Shown here: piece by piece, positions 53,603 to 64,000 of the stretch
Layout of the letters: every line of letters starts with the position of its first letter
Numbering within the stretch: the stretch's first letter is position 1
NCBI RefSeq assembly: GCF_000485595.1
Contig: NW_014577084.1
Coordinates: 801,730 to 865,729, forward strand
From: Priapulus caudatus
Lineage: Eukaryota
Reading direction: 5' to 3'
DNA: 64,000 nt
The notes under the pieces: model-generated
Seen by the model: only the letters and a program-made list of their open reading frames with translations
What the model was told of the DNA's origin: nothing
Databases searched by the model: none
Program-made: the position numbers and the translations under genes

Positions 53603-53707
53603 AGCACCGGAGAAGAGGAAGATGGAGCGAAAATTGTTACGGTTGAAACAAAGCAGAACACTCAGACGAACGAGGTTATATCCAGTGGCAACGTTGAGAC
53701 TTGCGAG
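53603..53707 (+). CDS. PAWR: PAWR-like exon 2: STGEEEDGAKIVTVETKQNTQTNEVISSGNVETCE
   Basis: Acceptor tacttttcag (phase 0), donor GAG|gtgaga; acidic run plus QNT..NE, as in Par-4 (QQNTIQNE). Confidence 0.75.
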
Positions 53708-56700
53708 GTGAGATGCGCGCTCTCTCAAAATCTACGCCAGATGATCACTGGCTCATGTGCTAAGGTATTGATAGCCTTCATTATCGGATTACTGACTTCC
53801 ATGTCATCGTAAATCTTTCGTGTGCCATCTGCACATCGGAACTGGAAGACTATTTATATGCGTCTTCGCTTCTTTCACTGCAGAAATTCGTTACCATTGG
53901 CTCAGATTTCTCTAGAAGATGAGATTTGCCTATAACATGTTTGTTTTACACACCTCTAAAATTAGGATCGATGCGTTAGTGGTGCGCGTACACTACATAC
54001 ATATATATAATATACACGTATACAGCGTATTTTAGATGTGGTGTGATCATATATATAATATATATATATGAGTATGTACTACCCCCCCTCCGCCATTATA
54101 TATATATATGATGTGATCAGTGTTTACTACTGTACTCGGCAGACTTGGGCAAATATGTTAGTATCTTAATAGGTGACGTGAAACTTTTGGAGCTAGTCTC
54201 CAACGGCCAAGTTTTCGATTATGTTGGTTTTATATAAAACGGTTTTATATAATTGGTATATACTACATCAAAATCTGTCTGTGGCACGTACGGTAGGTAC
54301 GTTTAAATTGTGGAGGCTAATCTACATAGTCATTAATATAAACATTCTTAATAAAGCATGTCTGTTGTCTATATGCATAGTATATATATAAGACATATGC
54401 ATAGTATAACGAAATGATTAACATCATGCCAAAGGTTAACTACGCGATTATTCGTATAAAACCTTTTTTTACAATTAGTATATATAGTAAATAAGTAAAT
54501 CATTTTCGTTGACGTTCGTTGAGGCCTTCGTTGACGTTCTCTACTTGATTACTAATACGTTCGTAGTAGTCAGAAAACAATCGTACCCGCCAAGGCCTTC
54601 GTTGACGTTCTTCTGGCGCTATTGTTTCTCATGGGATCATCATGAGCTAGATCAGTGGCATGTTTTTGTGCAGCTGTGTGTACATTTTAGAACCTACCTT
54701 ATTTGTAATTCGTTGTCATAAATTAGTGGACAGAAATATCCGAACATGACTATGTTCAATATCAAATATCATCAATTGCTTCCAACTCTCAATTGCCCAC
54801 TCCACCTTAAGCCTTAGATGAGCAGTGACGCACTGCGCCCCAGCTGAATTTCTCATGAGTGTAGTGGAACAGGGGAGGAGAAGGCAGAGATAGTTAGAAT
54901 GAAGTAGAAGTGAGGGGGAAGACTGAGAATTGAGTTTTGACAAGGAGAAAGGGTTCGGGCATAGAGGCGATAAGAAGGATGAGGAAAATGAGAAGCGGGG
55001 AAGAACAAAGGAAATGTGAGATGAGTGCACACGAGAGGTAAACCCTACATTATGTACTCATCTCTTGATCTCGCCGTTTCATCCCAGGTTCAATAACATT
55101 TCTATTTGTGTGCTAATGTCTAGCCATCTTTGTCTTGTAATCATTGTATATGCGAGGGCTTAGTGTAATTGCCACTTTCTCTGCCAATCGTGCAAAGTTC
55201 GAAACCTTTGTCTGAGAGCAGGCGTATTATCTGGTACACGCAGTGCATGTGGGTCAAGCCAGAAATGCTCTCGGTATATTTATTATCATTAAACGGACCA
55301 CCCGTATTGAAAGTCACTTTACAGCAACCTTAGAAGCTGACACTAATCTTGCTTGCGTGTTCATAGTGAAGGTTTTGTAAAGAAAGGCCAGATTATCTGA
55401 TTCACTTTCTTGACATTGTACTGAGAACTTGGTTAAGCGAGTAAGCCCATCGGCCTTCTCGCACGAGAACGCGCTCCTATTTTTCGTAACTGCGGAATTC
55501 TTGCTTGACGGGCGCGGCGAGTATATATACATACATACATTCATGGCGAAGTCGGGTGTTAGCCATTTGTTTACCCTGGCATGTGAAACAGTCGTGCATT
55601 TGTTTACTGTTGTGCTAAATACTAAATACGATCTAGCTGAGAGCAATTTTGAGCTGCTCTGGCCTCTATTGAGCCATGAACTTGTAGACGTTGTTTTTTT
55701 ACAACAGCTAGAATCTACTAAAGCTTTACCCATCATAATGTATGTAATTTCTGCACACGGATCATTATAAATGCAGGGTCGCTTGGGGCCACTTACTATG
55801 CCTGATATAACTTATACAGCACTAATAATCTATATTTATAGTATAGTGTACAGCGATGGATTTTCACTCATATACATGATAGTTAATTATGTGTGAATAT
55901 TCATTTGTAGATCATGCTGATAATAATTAAGTTATAGGGCGATAACTTCAGCTACTATATGACAAAAATTTGCGTAGAAATCGAGTACTAGAAACGATCG
56001 AATGTCGTACGAAGATCAAAGCGAAATAAAAACAACCACAATTTCAAAATCGGCTGGAGTTTATTGCATGTGGGTATTAAACATTTTATGGGACTAGTAA
56101 ATTGTACCATCATTCCTCAATTTCGTCGTCAACATCACAAAATATTTACGCAAATTAAAAACGCAACCAACGTAAGCACATGCATGGGCTGTCAGTCTGT
56201 CGTAAAATTTAAATGACTACTACGGGTCAACTTGACAGTCAGTATATGGTAGGTTAAATTCGATTTCTTGCTAATTAAATGAGCGGCACCGTGCACCTTT
56301 GCGATGTCACGTGATATACATATAGGCCTACTGTTATCAGGAATGAATATAAGTTGTTTTCATTCACCCTTGGCACGTATATTAAATTACTCGCGTTCTT
56401 GATATTTGAGCAAGCTTAAGAAAGCGCTGCGCCTATAGAAAACTCAACGAATGTTTTTCGTGTAGCGCATTCTTAGAATTACGTAAACTTCAAGACTGCA
56501 TGCAACATACACAGTTGAAATGATCTCTTTATACCGCGTGAGTGATCGAGGCATAGGCATAACCAGTACTATTATATATACTAGAGTATATTACTTTATA
56601 ACGGACAGGCGCACCGCGTCTGTTGTTTCGATTGCCAATGGAATGAAATGTATCATCAGGTCACGACGTACATGGCGTTTATTATAAGCAGCGATCAGTA

Positions 56701-59142
56701 GGTACTTAAGCACGTATATTATGTAGTGTTTGGCTCTATTAGTTATACTAGCTCAAATATTCGCGTGTCACTCATTGCAGGAACGACTGACCTATTCTAA
56801 CGTGTAAGCGTGATAATTTCTCACTAGTAGGTTAGAACGTGTATACGTGGACGCGCGGGCGGTATGGTCTCATAGGTTCGGGGAATGTGGTGATTGTTAA
56901 TGCCCCCACCGGAACCCTGGCTTAGAAGTGACATTCACGTGCACGCCTAGCTACTGTTCGTGATACGTTGCATTCCAAGCCAAACATAGTTGACAGAAGG
57001 TATTTCTCCACGTTGTATCTCTGTCTGGATCTGCCCGTTTTTCTTCCTTTCCTCCTCGGCCGAGCCAGGCGATTTCTCAAATATATATATATATTATATA
57101 TATATGCGTGCGTGCGTGCGTGCGTGCGTGTATGCGTGCGTGCGTGCGTCGCACGCACGCACGCATACACGCACGCACGTTCGCACGAGCTTACGCTGCG
57201 TGCGTGCACATACATGCACGTAAGTATGGCTCCAGCTTGCGTGCAGCTAGACTGACTCCGTGAATCGTTCCGAGGCAACCTAGCGGACAGCGATAAGTTC
57301 GGGCGAAAGGGTACGCCATTCTTCGCGCGTGAGCTTCTATTGTTATTCCAACTGGGTCAGACAGACTGCGGTCGCGGAGATCCGACTGATCTAGAATGGG
57401 CAAGACACTAGTGGCATTCATCGTGCCATTGCCCAACCAGCTACGATAATGATGTAGCAACTAGCATTTGCCGGGAGGCGTGTTGCGGCTGGTTATATTA
57501 TTAGGCTGGCTATTAGATGTACTTGGCTAACAAATTCTAGCGCCATATGACACACTGCCTAACACTGTTTACTGCTATTATCTCACTACGTGAGCGTATT
57601 CAGCAGAAGCAAAAGGACTGTGCATAATGTGAAGCATTCTACTGTAAATTATTTTTTCTCTATGGCATAAAAAGTACCAGAGAGGAAAGTAAATTAAAGG
57701 GCCTTTAGTAGCCAATGAACTTCATTTTTGTTGGTCAAGGACATTTTGTTTTGATTCGGGCAGCAGATAAGTCGTGTTACCTTGGGTGTAGCGCACAAAT
57801 ATTCTTAGCCACAAGTAACTATACACACGTGCGATTTTTCCACGAGTGAGGGTTTTTCGTGTATATATACCGACCGTCGTATACGTACCGACACATCCAC
57901 CCACAGAGACCCCCGTGGATGAAAGAGTAAACACATGAAACAGCTAGGTTGCTAGCGTCTGCGGCAACTGTACTAGAGCTACTAGGTTGCGAATTTTTCC
58001 TGCTTTACTTGATTTCATCGTGCTGCAATTTTCTAAAGACCGTTTTAGTGTATGTGTGATATGAAAAAGCCATGTTAATGCTACTAGGAATGTTTCATGT
58101 AGATCGAGTTACAAAGATTGTTACGTTGTTTTACACCGCGCGGCGTAACTGGATTGTCGCATGTTGGTCAGTGGGTCGTATCGTAGAATACTTGTGTAAC
58201 ACATGTCGTTTCAGCCAGATCGTTCAAAATTATTCAAAACTAGTAGCAGGTTTATTAGCATGTGGGCATGACTCGTTATATTTTATGGCCGTAAGCTACA
58301 GTAGTAAAGTCAGGCTATCATTGTAACTCCTTGTAGTATATATGTTACATGTGGTATGTTGTGTATTGTAATTACGGCCTATAGTTACGTGCACCATAGA
58401 GATTCATTCAGGGATTATATAGACCGACAGAAAAAACATGGCGGCATGGAATTTAGCACAAAAATTAGGCAAAGAAATAAGTTCACTCAGAAACAGACAT
58501 GAAAAAAAAACATTTTTAAGATGTCTTACTGAAAGTACTGTATCGTGAGTGTATCTTTTCTTTGGACAAAAACACAATATAAGACATCAGTGTAGTATTT
58601 AGAAGTAGTTTACTATCAAAACCTCTTCTATTTCCTTCTCAAAGGTGCTATATTTTATATGGAGGTCTTGCATGAAATATCTCTTAACCAACCATAGACA
58701 AGTCGCAGTAATCTCCTTACCTAAATGTTCCATAGGATTACAGTAGTTGTATTCGGGAGCGTATAATTTACCTGTTTTGCCTGGGGGGTGCAAAGCCACG
58801 TGCGTGTTGTACGTTCTGGGAGGGTAACCACCATTGACCATGTAAAGTATATATCAACATATTTCTCTGTATTACCCGCCCCCCTCGCTAGCTACGGCAC
58901 AAAATGCGCAAACCAAGGTTCACTGTGTTGCAAAACCAAATCTGTATCGCTAATAGCGTTACCAATGGAATTTGCTGATATCAGCGTTTTGTTTATTACG
59001 TCTATATTATCGCTGGGGTAGGTCGTAATAATACTACGACGGTCTTTGGTTAGAAATTTAGGCAGATAAGATCAGATCTATGTCCCCCTGACCTCTGTTT
59101 GACCTGGCTCGTTTAGCTATTTCTGACTAATANNNNNNNNNN

Positions 59143-62100
59143 TATACATATATATATAGTTTAAGTGGTGAACAGTGTGACGGTATTTGTCAAGAATCGC
59201 CAGAGGGTAATTTGACAATATCGCTTCACTAACCAGTCACTACAGGTCGATGACGTTAGGCGTGCCAATTGGAATCCTGTCCGTTTATCATTGTTATTGC
59301 GTGCGGTAGACCTGTCGCGCTGCATTTCGCTGTTTGTTCTCCCCTAGGCTTGTGAAAGACATTCTAAAGAACGATGTCAATGTTGTCATAAAGCAATTGA
59401 CACCATTGTTAGTTAATGACACCAACGGCGTTTTATATTACACTTTATAAGCTTCTTGTTATAGTTAGTTGTTGGTTATCGAGAACTTGATAAGTAATGC
59501 TGATTCTAATCGGTTGTATATGTTGTTGTGATACTATGGTAAAGTTTGTAGTATGTATGTTTTAACATACCATATATACGCTTGCCAAGTTCATAAGCTT
59601 GCTAAAATGAGTTTTGATTTGCTATACAATTAAAATATAGCAACAATTAATGTTATGCATTTTTAAGTAACGATTTAAAGGTATGACTAACGGGTATATG
59701 TCACTCGTGTTTAAACAGTGCAATTCGGATTAAGTTTCAATAACATAATAAGCCTTAATTCAAGTCGAATCGAATCGAGTCGAATCGAGTCGAATCGAAG
59801 TCTGGTGTGATTTAATGGTAGAGCCACATATTGCGTCGCTGGGAAATTACTACTCAAACTTTATTTTAGTTACTTTAACCAAGTGTACTGTGTACTTTGC
59901 GTGTATGTGCTTGTAAACCAATGCCTGTGTCATAATTTATTAACCGGTTTTTCGATCATAATTTAAACACTTATCGTTTACACTTACCGAAATACATGTG
60001 ATTTCTTATTTTTAGTCGATCCGTTTAACTAACTTTATCATATATATGCGTTTTCGAATTTCAGCGTGATTGATGGTTGACGTTCCTGAACAGTTTCCAA
60101 GCATAATGTTTCCTTTTTGGCCGCTGCATATAGTTATCACGCCCACGAGTCAACATGATTATATTGCAAGCCTTGCCGGCAATGGCCACCCCGCTGACTG
60201 CCTTGAGAAATTTCAGCAAGGGATCGAGAGGTCGGCTTCCTGCGGCCGGATGCTTGCTGCGCAGCTTTTAACCATTCTAGAAAGAAGGCGTTTCGTTGGC
60301 AACGTTTCAACACAAGCAATTATGGCGTTCTTAATAAACAGTTCATTAGTAGTGTTTCGTGCGTGGATTGAAGGAGGGCCACGGGGAACAAATAACTGTA
60401 ACAAGTAGTCTATAGTCTAGAGACCAACGCCGAGAGCTTTCGCGGACTGGGAACAGCTCGCAGACTTAAAACAAAACAAAAGCTAGCCGAGTGCTGCTTG
60501 TGATTTTTGGTTTCAACGCTGACACAAACATATTTTTTCATGGGTGCTGGTGATTTGAAGTAGTACTGTTTACAGCACGTGGCTATTAGGTAAAGTGAAG
60601 CCATTCATCCATGGCACGGCATATAGGAGAATACTACGCATTTTTGCAAAACATCGCTTGAAAGATTCCCAGTATCGCAGCTGATAGAGTCTATAGACAC
60701 TAATTGCTTTGCCAAGTTGTCTTCTGATACCATAACACACACAAAATATAGTGGATGTGCAAAGATTCTTGAGCGGAGAACATGGATAGAGTGTAGAAAA
60801 AAGCATCGCAAAAACTATTACGATTTATTAACCTTCGGCGGAATAAAACAGTCGTATTTGATTTGAAACAGCTGTGATGTTTGTGATCGTGCAACGTTTT
60901 TAGTGATTATTATTTCAACTCTAGCATACTTGTAAAATTGATCTACTTTTCCTATTTAGACGCGGTGATATGTCTAGAAAAACAACCCTGTCAGCTGTTT
61001 ACCAATCATACATCAAAAACGCTTGTAAGCTATAATCTGCTACTTGGCTTAGATACATATCAGATACACATTCCCTATTATTTACTTCTGATACATATCT
61101 ACCTTTATATCAAGAGCTAATAATACATATAATAGCTATATAATAGGTATTATTAGCTATTGTTTATATGCATTTAGTCGCGTGTCGATTAACAATGATT
61201 GTGGATGGCAGTGACTCATTTAGTTAATTCGTTTCACTAATCGCACCTACCGATTCCGTTTTCTAACACTCTTCCTGCACCTGGTAAGCGTATCGGCTGT
61301 TCGCCTTTTCACATTTAATGCATTGTTGTAGGATAGATATCCAAGGACTAATAATACAATATTATTAGCTCTTGATATAATTAACGCAGGCCGGGCGTAC
61401 GTGAGCCGGACTTTATAACTAGTCATTTATTTTTCAGCATGTTAATTGGATTTTTTCATCCATGTCATTAGTTGCCGTTTGTCAACAGATATAGCTTCGT
61501 TGGTCGTGACGTGCAATTAAGCCTACGTGGATTTCCTCACGATTCAACGACTTCATATATTACATGCCCTTGAACCACAGTAGTCCGCGGTTCACGAAGA
61601 ATCTAGTCTGTAAATTGTCATCACTAGATGATGTTGATCATCTTTATTATGTACTCAAATCAATAAAGTAACCATCTCTTACTTTTCAGAGCACCGGAGA
61701 AGAGGAAGATGGAGCGAAAATTGTTACGGTTGAAACAAAGCAGAACACTCAGACGAACGAGGTTATATCCAGTGGCAACGTTGAGACTTGCGAGGTGAGA
61801 TGCGCGCTCTCTGAAAATCTACGCCAGATGATCACTGGCTCATGTGCTAAGGTATTGATAGCCTTCATTATCGGATTACTGACTTCCATGTCATCGTAAA
61901 TCTTTCGTGTGCCATCTGCACATCGGAACTGGAAGACTATTTATATGCGTCTTCGCTTCTTTCACTGCAGAAATTCGTTACCATTGGCTCAGATTTCTCT
62001 AGAAGATGAGATTTGCCTATAACATGTTTGTTTTACACACCTCTAAAATTAGGATCGATGCGTTAGTGGTGCGCGTACACTACATACATATATATAATAT

Positions 62101-64000
62101 ACACGTATACAGCGTATTTTAGATGTGGTGTGATCATATATATAATATATATATATGAGTATGTACTACCCCCCCTCCGCCATTATATATATATATGATG
62201 TGATCAGTGTTTACTACTGTACTCGGCAGACTTGGGCAAATATGTTAGTATCTTAATAGGTGACGTGAAACTTTTGGAGCTAGTCTCCAACGGCCAAGTT
62301 TTCGATTATGTTGGTTTTATATAAAACGGTTTTATATAATTGGTATATACTACATCAAAATCTGTCTGTGGCACGTACGGTAGGTACGTTTAAATTGTGG
62401 AGGCTAATCTACATAGTCATTAATATAAACATTCTTAATAAAGCATGTCTGTTGTCTGAAGACATATGCATAGTATAACGAAATGATTAACATCATGCCA
62501 AAGGTTAACTACGCGATTATTCGTATAAAACCTTTTTTTACAATTAGTATATATAGTAAATAAGTAAATCATTTTCGTTGACGTTCGTTGAGGCCTTCGT
62601 TGACGTTCTCTACTTGATTACTAATACGTTCGTAGTAGTCAGAAAACAATCGTACCCGCCAAGGCCTTCGTTGACGTTCTTCTGGCGCTATTGTTTCTCA
62701 TGGGATCATCATGAGCTAGATCAGTGGCATGTTTTTGTGCAGCTGTGTGTACATTTTAGAACCTACCTTATTTGTAATTCGTTGTCATAAATTAGTGGAC
62801 AGAAATATCCGAACATGACTATGTTCAATATCAAATATCATCAATTGCTTCCAACTCTCAATTGCCCACTCCACCTTAAGCCTTAGATGAGCAGTGACGC
62901 ACTGCGCCCCAGCTGAATTTCTCATGAGTGTAGTGGAACAAGGGAGGAGAAGGCAGAGATAGTTAGAATGAAGTAGAAGTGAGGGGGAAGACTGAGAATT
63001 GAGTTTTGACAAAGAGAAAGGGTTCGGGCATAGAGGCGATAAGAAGGATGAGGAAAATGAGAAGCGGGGAAGAACAAAGGAAATGTGAGATGAGTGCACA
63101 CGAGAGGTAAACCCTACATTATGTACTCATCTCTTGATCTCGCCGTTTCATCCCAGGTTCAATAACATTTCTATTTGTGTGCTAATGTCTAGCCATCTTT
63201 GTCTTGTAATCATTGTATATGCGAGGGCTTAGTGTAATTGCCACTTTCTCTGCCAATCGTGCAAAGTTCGAAACCTTTGTCTGAGAGCAGGCGTATTATC
63301 TGGTACACGCAGTGCATGTGGGTCAAGCCAGAAATGCTCTCGGTATATTTATTATCATTAAACGGACCACCCGTATTGAAAGTCACTTTACAGCAACCTT
63401 AGAAGCTGACACTAATCTTGCTTGCGTGTTCATAGTGAAGGTTTTGTAAAGAAAGGCCAGATTATCTGATTCACTTTCTTGACATTGTACTGAGAACTTG
63501 GTTAAGCGAGTAAGCCCATCGGCCTTCTCGCACGAGAACGCGCTCCTATTTTTCGTAACTGCGGAATTCTTGCTTGACGGGCGCGGCGAGTATATATACA
63601 TACATACATTCATGGCGAAGTCGGGTGTTAGCCATTTGTTTACCCTGGCATGTGAAACAGTCGTGCATTTGTTTACTGTTGTGCTAAATACTAAATACGA
63701 TCTAGCTGAGAGCAATTTTGAGCTGCTCTGGCCTCTATTGAGCCATGAACTTGTAGACGTTGTTTTTTTACAACAGCTAGAATCTACTAAAGCTTTACCA
63801 ATCATAATGTATGTAATTTCTGCACACGGATCATTATAAATGCAGGGTCGCTTGGGGCCACTTACTATGCCTGATATAACTTATACAGCACTAATAATCT
63901 ATATTTATAGTATAGTGTACAGCGATAGATTTTCACTAATATACATGATAGTTAATTATGTGTGAATATTCATTTGTATATCATGCTGATAATAATTAAG
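59143..64000 (+). repeat. Near-identical second copy of 51056-55931 (probable uncollapsed haplotype)
   Basis: It starts right after the N gap. The offset is 8087, then 8069 after an 18-bp indel near 54368/62455, with only scattered SNPs. Confidence 0.9.
61690..61794 (+). CDS. PAWR: Duplicate copy of PAWR-like exon 2
   Basis: Same sequence as 53603-53707, inside the duplicated block. Confidence 0.5.

Noticed and set aside
51983..55770. Short ORFs seen twice (51983-52321, 55314-55736 and their copies) suggesting conservation
   Set aside because: The identity comes from the near-exact block duplication; there are no recognisable domains or splice support.
57191..58841. Minus-strand ORFs 57191-57460 and 58599-58841 as upstream receptor exons
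   Set aside because: They lack class B ectodomain (C..WD, CP, C...G.W) or TM motifs.

Overview
This is AT-rich, microsatellite-rich animal genomic DNA, probably from a protostome invertebrate (inferred from a trissin-receptor-like GPCR and TTAGGG-type repeats). It comes from a gapped draft assembly, with 10-N gaps at 4848, 22511, 35320 and 59133. Genes were read by hand from splice sites and translation. (1) A rhodopsin-class, trissin-receptor-like neuropeptide GPCR (+, large exon 14741-16899) has a ~430-aa polyQ/H third intracellular loop. (2) A complete 10-exon TRAPPC13 gene (-, 47148 to 24959, 405 aa) includes one GC-AG intron. (3) Four collinear, phase-compatible exons of a secretin-class (calcitonin/DH31-receptor-like) GPCR lie on the SAME strand as TRAPPC13 and alternate with its exons 7, 8 and 9. 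(4) The 5' exons of a PAWR/Par-4-like gene (+) sit head-to-head with TRAPPC13. The rest is a dense set of non-autonomous DNA transposons, Helentron/DINE-like elements, decayed Gypsy and RTE fragments, and a 4.9-kb near-identical duplication across a gap that is probably an uncollapsed haplotype. The standout is the same-strand interleaving of two unrelated genes. However, the repeats bounding the receptor blocks make an assembly artefact a serious alternative that must be excluded first.
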